This document shows positions 12,122-24,631 of a stretch of DNA of 64,000 nucleotides, piece by piece. The stretch's first letter is position 1, and every line of letters begins with the position of its first letter. The stretch is from positions 7,337,349-7,401,348 of the forward strand of contig NC_069003.1 of the NCBI RefSeq assembly GCF_001194135.2. The letters are read 5' to 3'. The DNA is from Octopus bimaculoides. Its lineage: Eukaryota. The notes below the pieces were generated by a model that saw only the letters and a program-made list of their open reading frames with translations, was not told the DNA's origin and searched no databases. A program made the position numbers and the translations under genes.

Positions 12122-12468
12122 GGCACTCTGTAGCTTACGACGACGAGGGTTCCAGTTGATCTGATCAACGGAACAACCTGCTCGTGAAATTCACGTGCAA
12201 GTGGCTGAGCACTCCACAGACACGTGTACCCTTAACGTAGTTCTCGGGGATATTCAGCATGACACAGTGTGACAAGGCTGACCCTTTGAAATACAGGCAC
12301 AACAGAAACAGGAAGTAAGAGTGAGAGAAAGTTGTGGTGAAAGAGTACAGCAGGGTTCGGCCACCATCACCTGCCGGAGCCTCGTGGAGCAACGCCTGGT
12401 CTGGGAATCGAAACCTCGATCCTATGACTGCGAGTCCGCTTCCCTAACCACTGGGCCATTGTGCCTCC
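12122..12468 (-). mobile_element. SINE-R, body type H (short internal deletion)
   Basis: Head reverse complement ggaggcacaatggcccagtggttagggaagcggactcgcagtcataggatcgaggtttcgattcccagacc; highly similar to 14169-14563. Confidence 0.9.
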
Positions 12469-12904
12469 ACCCAGAATTGTGTAAAAAACGGAAAAAGGGG
12501 ATGACTATCATGTGCATGGAAGGATCAATGGAAGGTAAGAAAGTTACAAGGGTGGGATGATGACTCAGGGAAAAATCACCTGAATGGAGGACTTGCAAGC
12601 CATGTTTCTGCAGTGAGCTGTTAAATTAAAAAGCAAAGGGATAATGTGAAAATGGTTGAAAGAATTGGGCAACATTGAGAAATGTCACTGAATGAGAAGA
12701 AAAAAAAAATGATGAAGGGGAGAAAATGATAGAAATTGGCTGTGTGGTTGAGAAGCATGCTTTGCAACCTGATGGTATTAGGTTCAATCCAGCTGCAAGG
12801 TATTTTAGGTAAAACTGGGATTGATGTAATCAACTACCCCCTCCCATAAAATTTCAAACCTTATGCCTATAGTACAAGGAATTATTATTATTATTATCAT
12901 TTTG

Positions 12905-13056
12905 CCCATTGCTGTGTTCTGAGTTCAAATTCCACCAAGGTCAGCTTTGCTTTTCATCCTTTTTGGGGTCAATTAAATAAGAACCAGTTATACACTGGAG
13001 TCGATGTAATCAACTTAATCTCTTCCCCCAAATTTCAAGCCTGCAGTAGAAAGGAC

Positions 13057-13114
<58 letters not shown>

Positions 13115-13325
13115 CAGTAATTTAGGATGGTGGATTAGCAGAATCTGTAGAGCATTGGGGGAAAAAAATGCCTTACATTCTGAGTTCAAATCCTGCTGAG
13201 ATCATTGTTTTTTTTTTTCATCCCTCTGGGACTGATAAAGTATACCAGTTTTATACTGGGGCCAATGGTATTGGCTAACCGCCTTTCTTCATAATTGTTG
13301 GCCTTTTGCTTAAATTAGAAACAAT
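12905..13325 (+). mobile_element. Two tandem SINE-B copies separated by (ATT)n
   Basis: Repeated gttctgagttcaaat...tttcatcc...taaataagaaccagtt. Confidence 0.8.
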
Positions 13326-13434
13326 TATTAACACTGTCAATTAAAAAGAAAAAGAAGATTCAAACTGCCAATATTTTAATTATTAGTTTCCTAGTTTGTT
13401 CAAAAATCAATAGATCATAATTAGACCTAGAAAG

Positions 13435-13663
13435 AATCTTTTTGTTACCAGATTTCTGTTAAAATAGATTGCCTTTGTTTCAATAAATTTTGAAAATAAC
13501 AAAGAATTTTATAAAATAACTTTGTCATTATTAATCTGACATCTGGAACATAAATTAACATGAAATTTTGATGGAAGGTTTTTAATTTCGGTCAATTCAA
13601 AACAGGAAGTTTGCATCGTGGAAACAGAGGCAGTCTCTTGTGGGTTGGCATCTAAAAGGGTTA
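13435..13663. mobile_element. piggyBac-like MITE P2 (degenerate)
   Basis: Ends ctaaaagggTTAA. Internal ggaacataaattaacatgaaattttgatggaagg is shared with about 46615-46731, 55020-55140 and 62160-62548. Confidence 0.55.
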
Positions 13664-14168
13664 AGAAAATCTTTGCAATGCAAATACAGATAATAAAAAC
13701 AACAAAAAATTGCAACAATGTTAACAATATTGCATTTTGTATTTATTGCAATCGATATTGTGGTGCAAGTATGGCTGTGTGGTTAAGAAACACACTTCTC
13801 AATGATATGGTTTTCAGTTCAATCCCTCTGAGACGAAACTGCTGTAGCAGCGATTTGAGACCAAACCACTAGAAAGTCAGTCAAACATCACAATCAAACC
13901 ATGGTAGTTTCACATGATTGGTCTATTAAGCAACCAATCAGCATCAAGCCATTGCATGATTCAATCTTCTAGAATCTTCTTGTGCCCTATAAAAAAACAG
14001 TTTTTGGTGGTAATTGGAATGGTGAGGCAGCCTTGCATTGTGTCTCCATTCTTGCCACATCCAGCTGGTTAAAACAGATGTCTGATACTAGACAGGAATT
14101 TTTGTAGCCACAAACATAGCACAATTATTTTCCAGTCATGACGGATCAGCCACAGATTGCTGCATCAG

Positions 14169-14563
14169 TGTTGTTGTTCTGTCTGTTGGCACTCCGTCGC
14201 TTATGACGTCGAAGGTTCCAGTTGATCCGATCAACGAAACAGCCTGCTCGTGAAATTAATGTGCAAGTGGCTGAGCACTCCATAGACACGTGTACCCTTA
14301 CCGTAGTTCTCGGGGATATTGAGCGTGACACAGTGTGACAAGGCTGACCCTTTGAATTACAGGCACAACAGAAACAGGAAGTAAGAGTGAGAGAAAGTTG
14401 TGGTGAAAGAGTACAGCAGAGTTTGCCACCATCCCGTGCCGGAGCCTCGTGGAGCTTTAGGTGTTTTCGCTCAATAAATACTCACAACGCCCGGTCTGGG
14501 AATCGAAACCGCGATCCTATGACCGCGAGTCCACTGCCCTAACCACTGGGCCATTGCACCTCC
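14169..14563 (-). mobile_element. SINE-R, body type H, full length
   Basis: tRNA-like head with A/B boxes, CpG-rich (young), 3' end in (AAC)n-like sequence. Confidence 0.9.
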
Positions 14564-15174
14564 ACAGCTGTATTAGTAAGCTTGCCATAAACTCCAAGCA
14601 GTATGTCTCTCCCAGTGTGTAATTATTAGAGTTAGTATTTTTAAAAGACCACCACAGTTAAAACTCTAAGTGCAATAATAAAATAACGTTAATTGTTTGT
14701 GGTTGTTGTTAGTTGTTACTTGATGCAGCCTGAGAAATATATATTTTCCTTTGGCAACTCAACCAGTTATCACCTCAAACCAGCCGACGACAACAACAAC
14801 AACAACAATACAACCCACAACAGTGCCGTGATTGCAAATCAGACAATCAAGAGACTTAAGAGTGCATAAAAGACATTGCCTTCAACAACATTTGTTGACT
14901 TATTGCTTGTCCTTGATAAGACAATTACGAATTGTTTCAAGCTACCAAACATTGTATTACTGACAGCACGTGAAAGTTAAGATAATATTAAAGAATGTGG
15001 AGAAAAGAGCAATAGAAAGGTTTTCTGAACTACTATCACCCATTGGAAAATTATTTCCCCAGGGTTGGGGTAAAAAACAATTTGTTGTGTTCTTTTGTCA
15101 TCTCCTTTGTTTTGTTTTTTTTTGTTTTTATTTATCTATGATTTTGTCCAAGACAAGGCTTGAGGCCAGCTTAC

Positions 15175-15350
15175 CCTTTAACATTCAGTTTATTCTGTCA
15201 AATGTAATCCTTATTTATTCAAATTATTTCGAATTCATCATACGTTATCATGTAGCTTTGAGAATTCAATGAGGTGATTGTTTATTTTTAGAATGACATT
15301 GCAGGGTAGGTGTGAGAGACCTGATCTGGACAGTTTGAATATCAAAGTGT
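15175..15350. mobile_element. MITE P1 fragment
   Basis: ttacccttaacattcag...gtcaaatgtaat...agaatgacattgcagggtaggtgtgagag. Confidence 0.7.
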
Positions 15351-15762
15351 TAAGGGACTGCTAAGAATGAAAANNNNNNNNNNNNNNNNNNNNNNNNNNN
15401 NNNNNNNNNNNNNNNNNNNNNNNNNNNNNNNNNNNNNNNNNNNNNNNNNNNNNNNNNNNNNNNNNNNNNNNNNNNNNNNNNNNNNNNNNNNNNNNNNNNN
15501 NNNNNNNNNNNNNNNNNNNNNNNNNNNNNNNNNNNNNNNNNNNNNNNNNNNNNNNNNNNNNNNNNNNNNNNNNNNNNNNNNNNNNNNNNNNNNNNNNNNN
15601 NNNNNNNNNNNNNNNNNNNNNNNNNNNNNNNNNNNNNNNNNNNNNNNNNNNNNNNNNNNNNNNNNNNNNNNNNNNNNNNNNNNNNNNNNNNNNNNNNNNN
15701 NNNNNNNNNNNNNNNNNNNNNNNNNNNNNNNNNNNNNNNNNNNNNNNNNNNNNNNNNNNNNN

Positions 15763-16050
15763 CTACAGCTGGATGCCCTTCCTAACGCCAACCGCTCAGA
15801 GAGTGTAGTGGGTGCTTTTACGTGTCACCCGCACGAAGGCCAGTCAGGCGGTACTGGCAACGGCCACGCTCAAAATGGTGTATTTTATGTGCCACCCGCA
15901 CAAGAGCCAGTCCAGGGGCACTGGCAACGATCTTGCTCGAAAATCCTTACACATGTCACGGGCACAAGTGCCAGGAAGGCGACGCTGGGCACAGGTGCTA
16001 TCCCGATTTCGCTATTCGCTTGCCCCAATAAGTCTTCGCAAGCTGAGTTT
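15763..16050 (-). mobile_element. Family C RTE-tailed retroposon with long 5' repeat region
   Basis: ctggatgcccttcctaacgccaacc...gtgggtgcttttacgtgtcac plus repeated gtgccacc.gcac units. Confidence 0.85.
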
Positions 16051-16746
16051 CGTGTCCAATGAAGGAGACGAAGTAATTCTAGAAAAAGGTTAATCATTTT
16101 GAGATCAGCTTTTCACCACTACTGCCCCACGTCTTACACACAGAGGTAACACCTTCCTTGTGTGAAACCAATTAGTAAGATCAACTGGATATATAATACT
16201 GTACACTTTAATTAATATATATATATACTACTGTACTATTTCATTTCCATCAGGTAAATTCATTAGTCCCTTAGCATGAGCTGGAATAGACTTTCAACTA
16301 ATGTCCAACTTAATACAGTCTTAGCAGTCAACTCACAAAGCAGAAAATGTTACTGAATAAGAAGCATGCAAACTGGATTAGCAGACAGATTTCCAAAGTG
16401 AAGTTGTCAAATCAAAGACAAATTCGCTGGGAACTGATTCAAAAAGAATTCAAAGAATCTCTCTCTCTGTGTCTGTCCAAAGACATGATAATTCCCTTCT
16501 GCATACTTCACACACACACATACCTATATATATACATATATATATACATACATATATATATACATACATATATNNNNNNNNNNNNNNNNNNNNNNNNNNN
16601 NNNNNNNNNNNNNNNNNNNNNNNNNNNNNNNNNNNNNNNNNNNNNNNNNNNNNNNNNNNNNNNNNNNNNNNNNCATACATATATATTTATATATATATAT
16701 ATACATACATATATATTTATATACATACACAAATATATATACATAT

Positions 16747-16779
<33 letters not shown>

Positions 16780-17210
16780 CACACACACACATACTCACAT
16801 ATACACATACCATACATATACACACATAGACCCTACACACACACACACACCACACACAAATACACATATAAATGTGTGTGTGTTGGTATAGTCCATTACA
16901 TGTCTCCTCAGAATCTAATTCTTTTTGTATTCTCTTTTTTTTTTTAAATCATTTTATTCTTAGTAATTCAAGAAGAGACCAAAGCAAATGACTGCAGAAC
17001 TTTAAAATATGTGAAATTCCCTTCTTATATAATAGACAGGATATATTACGTAATGAGTTGGCATTTACAATCTCAGCCCATCGGCCATAAAATCTGTGAT
17101 GTATATATTACCATTATAAATGTAGCAATAGTTCAAAATCCACTCACAAATATTTTGTTAAGTGGACACTGACATACTTTGTGTTGTAAACCAATAAATA
17201 GTTTTTATAT

Positions 17211-17412
17211 AGGCGCAGGTGCGGCTGTGTGGTAAGAAGCTTCCTTCCCGACCGCATGGTTCAAGGTTCAGTCCCATTGTGTGGCACCTTGGGCAAATGT
17301 CTTCTTCTATAGCCTGGGGTTGACCAAAACCTAATGAGTGGATTTGGTAGACAGAAACTGAAAGAAGCCTGTCATATGTATGTATAATATATATATGTGT
17401 GAGTGAGTATAT

Positions 17413-17466
<54 letters not shown>

Positions 17467-17870
17467 CCTCCACTGCTGCTTGACAACCGGTGTTGGTATG
17501 TTTATGTTTTTGTAACTTGGTGGTTCAGCAAAAGAGACCAATAGAATAAGTACCACACTTTAACACTTTAGCATTTAAACTGGCCATATTCAGCCCAAAT
17601 AAGCTACATGCTTTAAACTAAAACTGGACAAATCTGGCCTCTCACACAAACCCTACAATGTCTCTAAATACAACCAATATCTTTGAAATACTGAAATTAC
17701 CAGATAATGTTTGATTAATTAAAGACAATGTCAATAAATAAGCATTACATTTGACAAAGTAATCTGAATGCTAAAGGTCTGAAAAAACAAGTACTGGGTT
17801 GATTAATTTGGCTAAAATTTCTTCAAGGCAATGCCCCAGCATGGCTATAGTCTAATGACTAATGATGGCA
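17211..17870 (+). mobile_element. SINE-A (older subfamily) interrupted by MITE P1 at 17564-17778
   Basis: Head aggcgcaggtgcggctgtgtggtaagaagc, (TG)n hinge, tail split at a TTAA and resuming with aagtactgggttg...ccccagcatggc. Confidence 0.8.
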
Positions 17871-18039
17871 TAAGTCATGGAAAAAAAGGACATTAAAACG
17901 ATGTAGGAGGCAATTTGAGAATGATTTGACTGTTCTTTCTAGCAGGGTGAGCAGTCACTTAGAAGTAGCTGCCCTTATCTTTGGCTCTCTCTATCTGCAT
18001 GTTCAGTAATAATGTCTACTGTCTAAAGGAAATGATCTA

Positions 18040-18250
18040 AGGCTATTGAGAGGAAGTGTGGATGAGCATACATCTCCTGGGAAGATCATATGCCAAAGAC
18101 TATTTAGAGATGAGTTAATACATGGAGACAGCAAAGCAAAATATGCAGAGAGGAAAAAGGAATGTTTTGATATGCAAATGTTTCAAAATGGTTGACATGA
18201 AACATGGCTACAACCTCTAATGTTCTCTCCTCTGGATGGTGTTTTAGAAT
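18040..18250 (+). mobile_element. Old RTE LINE remnant
   Basis: Frameshifted WEDHMPKTI/FRDELIHGD...RKK resembles the RTE R.PK.....L..G.R motif. Confidence 0.45.
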
Positions 18251-18640
18251 TTTAGATAAAGTACTTTAGATGAAAAGAGCTTATAGAATTTTCATTAGAT
18301 TTCTAAAGCATAGAAATCAATAAATGCAACAATAATTGTACCATTTCAAATCTTTGACATGACAGTTTTTGTAAAAAACCACACACATACTAACACACAC
18401 ACAAACATGCAGACTCACAGAAGTGCCTATACCACTGCCTGTTATAGTGCACACTATGATCAGTCCTCAGCTAGGCTGCATGCATGGTACATGAGAAGCA
18501 GGAGAGCTGTATGTCGTGTCTGATGTTGAATTGGCAAGCCAGAGATCTGTACCAGGCTTGTCAGCTTTTCAAACCATCCGACCCATGCCAGCATGGAAAA
18601 TGGACTTTAAATGATGATGATCCTTATGTAACACCATCTA

Positions 18641-19234
18641 GTGGGTTGTCCGGAAAGTTTGTGCCGATTTATAGTAGTTTACCTTTCGACTTATTTTAGA
18701 ACATGGTTGAGTCCATAAAATAGGATTTGACTACAGTTCCATTTAGAACACAGTTTAAGATATCTTTTCATGGAAGAAGGTTTATGTTTCTATAACCTGT
18801 GTTAATTCTATAACCCTTTAAAATGGAAGATAAGAAAGTTATTTTCGGCACTTGATGCTTTTCTTTTTCCGTAAAGGGAAAAATGTCTCACAAGCAACCA
18901 AAGAAATATGTGCAGTTTGCCGTGATGTTTCTTTATCTGAAAGAATTGTATGGAAGTGGTTTGCAAGTTTCTGAGCTGGAGATTGTAGCCTTATTGATAA
19001 AGAGCGATCAGGCAGACCATCCACTACAGATGATGACGAAATCAAGTCATTAATTGAGAATAACCCACATTGCACAACCCGAGAATTGGCAGAAAGCCTC
19101 AACCTATCAAAATCCGTCGTTCATGAGTACCTGGTAAAGCTTGGGTACACAAATCACTACGATGTTTGGGTACCACATGAGTTGAGTGAGAAAAACCGTT
19201 TGGAAAATTGGCACAAACTTTCCGGACAACCCAA
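18641..19234 (+). mobile_element. Internally deleted mariner (Tc1/mariner) transposon
   Basis: About 30-bp TIRs (gtgggttgtccggaaagtttgtgccgattt / aaattggcacaaactttccggacaacccaa) with TA on both sides. ORF from ATG 18823: MEDKKV/FRHLMLFFFRKGKN...W.WF..F*AGD.SL.D.ERSGRP...RELAESL...DVWVPHEL. One frameshift and one stop; catalytic domain absent. Confidence 0.95.
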
Positions 19235-19499
19235 TACATACATATAATCACTGTATGTTACAGTGTGCAGCATGATCAGTCCTCAGCTAGGCTGAAGGTA
19301 TGGTACATTTGGAGCAAAAGAGCTATATGCCATGCTTGGCTTTATTAATCCCAACCACTTATGTACCATTGACCAGAGCTGATTTGTGACTGTAACACCA
19401 GCACCAATACCATCTGTATACATAGAACCACTGTCTGTTACAGTGTGTAATATTGCCTGTCCTCGGCTGGGCTGAGAGTGACACACATTTGGGGCAACA

Positions 19500-19900
19500 G
19501 ATGACATTAGGCTGTTTGCCTCCACAGTAGACTCAGTTTTGTTATACGATGCTGAAACTTGGGCCCTCACCAAACAATTTGGAAAACAAAAGGTGACTGC
19601 TGCACAAGAATGCTAAGAATGGCTCTGAATGTTACATGGAGAGCAATCAATGGGATTGGATAGAATAAATAATGAAGTTGTAGTGGAGAAAAAGTTAGCT
19701 GTCATGTATGACTGGATGCTATCTGGACATTGGAAAAGAATTAGATGTATCTTGATGATTCATGCCAGGTATTAAAATGCCAACATCATGACTGTAACTC
19801 GATGCTCTGCAAACACTGTAAAGGCTGTAAGATAAGACATGGACATTAGGGAAACCAACTGCTATGGTTTTCCGGTGTGTCCCCAATGAGGGTGATGTCA
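19500..19900 (+). mobile_element. RTE LINE 3' remnant
   Basis: RLFASTVDSVLLYDAETWALTK / CCTRMLRMALNVTWR. Confidence 0.8.
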
Positions 19901-19999
19901 TGCTTCTTTAAACAGGGCTTAAAACTCAATTCAGATGGCTAGAGGAGGATGCTGTTGGGGGACCATATGTGAGGCCATCTCCATCAAACACACACACAA

Positions 20000-20235
20000 G
20001 CATGTGGCCTAGTGGTTAGGCTGTTTAATTTCCAGACTGCACGGTGTATTGTGTTCTTGAGCAAAACACTTCATTTCATATTGCTCCAGTCCCCTATCGA
20101 TCAAGGAGGGGGGAGTGTTGGCCTGCTCGCCTAGCCAGCAAGGTGGCATCATTTGATGGCTAAAACAGTGCAAAGCGCATTGTGACCAGCAATGTGTAAC
20201 AGCATCTAATAGCCTGGTCGGTCACATGATCATAA
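20000..20235 (+). mobile_element. SINE-R head with body type G
   Basis: gcatgtggcctagtggttagg...ttgtgttcttgagcaaaacacttcatttcatattgctccag. Confidence 0.7.
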
Positions 20236-20399
20236 TACACACACACACACACACACACACATGCAGTGAAACCTTGGTTTGTAAACAACTTTTCGAACAC
20301 ACAATAAAATAAAAAGTAAAATAAAATATTTATTGTCCATTCACATCCTCAGACATCATTATTGGAATCATTATGTGTGTGTGTGTGTGTGTGTCTGTG

Positions 20400-20580
20400 T
20401 GTGTGAGTGTGTGTGTATATGACAGGCTTCCACACAGTTTCCACATAGCAAATTCACTCACAAGATCTTGGTCAGCCAGAAGCTATAGTAGAAAACACTT
20501 GCCCAAGGTGCTGGACAGTGGAACTGAACCTGAAAGCCACGGGCTTCCAAAACCAAGCTTCTTAACCATACTGTCATGTC
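20400..20580 (-). mobile_element. SINE-A head module
   Basis: acaggcttccac...cacttgcccaaggtgc...ctgaacc. Confidence 0.8.
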
Positions 20581-21101
20581 TGCACCATGCCCCTTCATGT
20601 TGTATCAGAGAAATGCGACAAATATTGCTGAGAAATATTCAAATGTAAACATATTTATTCATTTATGCAAATTCTGGAATTTAAAATATTTTTCTGTTTT
20701 CTATTTTCTATGGTTTTCAATTTAATTGTGATGCAAACCTGTTTCAAGCAAACATATTTTGATAATTCTACACAGCATGGAGCATAACTTCTTGGCTCAT
20801 AGATTGTGCAATGATGGGTTGGGGAAACTTAGAGAGGGAGAGAGAGAGAGAGAGAAAGAAAGAGAGCGAGAGGGAGAGAGAGAGAAAGAAAGAGAGGGAG
20901 AAAGAAAGAGAGGGAGAGAGAGAGATGGTAGAAAACTGCTTGAAACAGTCATAGAGAGTGTTCAAGGATTTTCATGGTATGAAAGAATAGGAAGAAAGAG
21001 AAAGAGATGAGACGGACGGACAGAGAGAAACAGACGGACATCGTAGCTAGAATTAGACACCAAAGGAAGAATTAAAAGAAAGATATGATAGAGAGACAGA
21101 C

Positions 21102-21150
<49 letters not shown>

Positions 21151-21269
21151 CATACAGAAAGATAGAAATACATCATAACGAAAATCAGATACTAAAGGAA
21201 AAATTAAGAGTAAGAATGATATGATATGGAGATAGGAATATAATAAAGAAAGATAGACATACACGAGAG

Positions 21270-21500
21270 CAGTGGTTTTCAAACTGTGGTCCGCGGACCA
21301 CAGGGGGTCCATGATTTGATTTTATATATGTTTTTTAATCGAAATCTTTAAATTGACAATAAACCTATTTGTTAAATACTGTTAAATAAACAAATGTAAA
21401 AATATATGTCATTTTAAGCAAATATTTATGTATAAATTTCATAAGCGTTCATAAGGTAAAGCCTGAAATATAAAGGGGTCAAAAAGTTTGAAAACCCCTG
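21270..21500. mobile_element. hAT-type (Charlie-like) MITE
   Basis: TIRs cagtggttttcaaact / agtttgaaaacccctg; 8-bp TSD cacgagag / cactagag (7/8). Confidence 0.9.
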
Positions 21501-22269
21501 CACTAGAGAGATGGAAATACAATAGAGAAAGAGAGACAGACATGATAAACAGATAAAAAGATAGACAGAGATATTAGACTGACAAAGACAGATAGATAGG
21601 TGTCACAGCTAGAAGCAGATATCAAAGGAAAGAGTGAGAGAGAGAGAGAGAGAGAGAAAGAGATGCTAGAGAGACAGAAATATGATAGAAAGAGAGAGAA
21701 AGAGATAGACAGGCAGATAGACAAAGAGAGGCTTACAGCAGATACTGATGTGCAATGGATATATAGATAACTGTATAAAACTCAGAAAGCTAAACCCAAC
21801 TTACTAATCTCTTTTCTAAATAACCTGCCCACACAGATTTACAAAAAGAAAAAAAAAGAAAACCACCAGATAAATCAGATGGCAAAAGGAAACATGCCTT
21901 GACCTCCATATTACACCATATTCAGAAAAAAGCACAATGTAGCTGAGTGTGGATTAATTCCAGAATTCCAGAATGGATGTCTTCAGACCTTGTTTGCACT
22001 TCAGGAAATTCCTTCTGGCATCCTGGGACCAAGATGAATAACTAAGTTGATTATGAATAACAGCCAAAGGGAGACAATACCCTGCTGTTGATAGAGTAAT
22101 GGAGACTTATTCTCCTCCATTTTCTAGAGAGGCCACTTGCAACAGAGGCCATATGCCAATGGATATTGGGGTCTGATGATAAGCTGTATTGTGTTTTATG
22201 AACATGAAAACCAGGGTAATCTCATAGACCGGCCTTATCTATCTCTCTCTCTATGTATGTACATACACG

Positions 22270-22552
22270 TAAAATACACCATTTGAGCGTGGCCGTTGCC
22301 AGTACTGCCTGACTGGCCTTCGTGCCGGTGGCACATAAAAGCACCCACTACACTCTCGGAGTGGTTGGTGTTAGGAAGGGCATCCAGCTGAAGAAACTCT
22401 ACCAAATCNNNNNNNNNNAGGGCATCCAGCTGAAGAAACTCTACCAAATCAGATTGGAGCCTGGTGTAGCCATCTGGTTTCACCAGTCCTCAGTCAAATC
22501 GTCCAACCCATGCTAGCATGGAAAGCGGATGTTAAACGATGATGATGATGAT
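22270..22552 (+). mobile_element. Family C retroposon (internal duplication across a 10-N gap)
   Basis: Ends ccaacccatgctagcatggaaagcggatgttaaacgatgatgatg. Confidence 0.9.
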
Positions 22553-22867
22553 ATATATGTAGGTATATATGTATACTGTTATCATCACCATTTTAATGCC
22601 CTTTTTTTCCCATGCATGTACAAGTCAGACAGAATTTATTGAGGCAGGTGTTTCATGGGCAGATGCTCTCCCTGTCACCAACTCTTACCTGTCTCCAGGC
22701 AATGTAATATCTTCCCATGGCCAGGCATGTTTCTGCAGATTATTGGAAATGTATGGTACTGCTTGTATGACAGTCACACTTGTTTACAACTATCATGCTT
22801 TGTCAGGTCAAGGAGACACACACATACAAACACCCACACACTTCACTTATAATAATAATAATAATAA

Positions 22868-23297
22868 GAAATTAAGGCAAATAGACCAGATATAGTTGTC
22901 AAAGATCATGAAGAAAAAAAATGCTTTCTAATTGATGTATCAATTCCAGCAGATGACAACGTTTCTCGAAAAGAAATGGAAAAACTTTCAAAATACAAAG
23001 ACCTGGAAATAGAGATAACTCGAATGTGGAATCTAAAAACAGAAACAATTCCTATCATAGTAGGTGCCTTAGGTATAATAAAAAAATATTCAGACAAATA
23101 CATAACAAAAACACCAGGACTTACAAATATATATAACATACAGAAAATTGCACTACTGGGTACTGCACACATTCTACGCAAAACACTTTCAATACAGTAA
23201 ACATAAGAGCACCACAGCAAACCACAGCACATACCCAAGGCACAGAGAGCTGCGCTCGGTAGTGGAGTGAAAGCACGTTATAAAAATAAAACTACTG
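22868..23297 (+). mobile_element. 5'-truncated Dong/R4-clade non-LTR retrotransposon (REL endonuclease + 3'UTR)
   Basis: Open frame 22868-23200: EIKANRPDIVVKDHEEKKCFLIDVSIPADDNVSRKEMEKLSKYKDL...PIIVGALG...LLGTAHILRKTL*, a PD-(D/E)xK REL pattern. (AAT)n on both sides. Confidence 0.9.
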
Positions 23298-23319
23298 AAC
23301 AATAATAATAATAATAATC

Positions 23320-23755
23320 ATAATCCTTTCTATTATAAGCACAAGGCCTGAAATTTGGGGACAGGGGGATAGTCAATATCATTGACTCCAGTACTCAACT
23401 GGTACTTAATTTATTGACCCCGAAAAGATTCAAGGTAAAGTCAACCTTGGCACAATTTGAACTCAATGTAGCGATGGGCGAAATCCCACTAAGCATTTTG
23501 TCTAGTGTGCTGACAATTCTGCCAGCTCACCACCTTTAACAACAATGGTTTCAAATTTTGGCAGCACAAGGCTAGAAATTTAAGGGGAGAGGGGAAAGGC
23601 AATTACGTTAACCCCAATGTACCTATTTTATCAACCCCGAAAGGGATAAAAAGCAAAGTCAACCTCGGTGACATTTGAACTCAGATTTTAAAGACGGACG
23701 AAATGCCACAAAGCGTTTTGCCCGGCATGCTAACGATTCTCTCACCTCACCGCCT

Positions 23756-23820
<65 letters not shown>

Positions 23821-23917
23821 GTTTCACATTTTAACACAAGGCCAGCAATTCTGAGGGAGGGGTAAGTTGATTACATCAACCCCAAAAGGATGAAAGACCA
23901 AATCAACTTCCTTGGCA

Positions 23918-23920
<3 letters not shown>
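23320..23920 (-). mobile_element. Cluster of SINE-B copies in (AAT)n
   Basis: Two full and one partial reverse-complement SINE-B separated by TAA repeats. Confidence 0.85.
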
Positions 23921-23949
<29 letters not shown>

Positions 23950-23952
<3 letters not shown>

Positions 23953-24466
23953 CTTTCTAATTGATGTATCAATACCAGCAGATGACAACGTTTTTCGAAA
24001 AGAAATGGAGAAACTTTCAAAATACAAAGACCTGGAAATAGAGGTAACTCGAATGTGGAATCTAAAAACAGAAACAATTCCTAAAAATATTCAGACAAAT
24101 ACATAACAAAAACACCAGGACTTACAAATATATATAACATACAGAAAATTGCACTACTGGGTACCACACACATCCTACGCAAAACACTTTCAATACNNNN
24201 NNNNNNGAGGTAACTCGAATGTGGAATCTAAAAACAGAAACAATTCCTAAAAATATTCAGACAAATACATAACAAAAACACCAGGACTTACAAATATATA
24301 TAACATACAGAAAATTGCACTACTGGGTACCACACACATCCTACGCAAAACACTTTCAATACAGTAACCATAAGAGCATCACAGCAAACCACAGCACATA
24401 CCCAAGGCACACAGAGCTGCGCTCGGTAGTGAAGTGAAAGCACGCTATAAAAATAAGACTACTGAA
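23950..24466 (+). mobile_element. Second Dong/R4 3' fragment (internal deletion; partly duplicated across a 10-N gap)
   Basis: Highly similar to 22921-23297; lacks the atcatagtaggtgccttagg segment. Confidence 0.9.
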
Positions 24467-24487
24467 TAATAATAATAATAATAATTG

Positions 24488-24631
24488 GTAATTGGTGCAT
24501 TAGGGGTTGTCAGTGATGAAATACACAAATGCATAAAGGAGACTGGAAATGGAATATCTTGTAGAGCTTCCAGAGAAGGTTTGCCTCTCTTAGGAACAGG
24601 AAAGAACATCACAAGGATTTTGAGCACTTAA
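24488..24631 (+). mobile_element. Divergent Dong/R4-like C-terminal remnant
   Basis: VIGALGVVSDEIHKCIKETG...LLGTGKNITRILST*, directly after (AAT)n. Confidence 0.6.

Noticed and set aside
12400-12468. tRNA genes at SINE heads
   Set aside because: A/B boxes are present, but there is no complete cloverleaf or acceptor stem and each runs into a SINE body
18839-19102. Minus-strand 87-aa ORF
   Set aside because: Antisense shadow of the mariner transposase fragment
22380-22450. Apparent tandem duplications here and at 24100-24360
   Set aside because: Identical sequence on both sides of a 10-N gap is typical of unmerged contig overlap
22976-23200. 74-aa ORF as a host gene
   Set aside because: It is the Dong/R4 endonuclease C-terminus of a truncated retrotransposon
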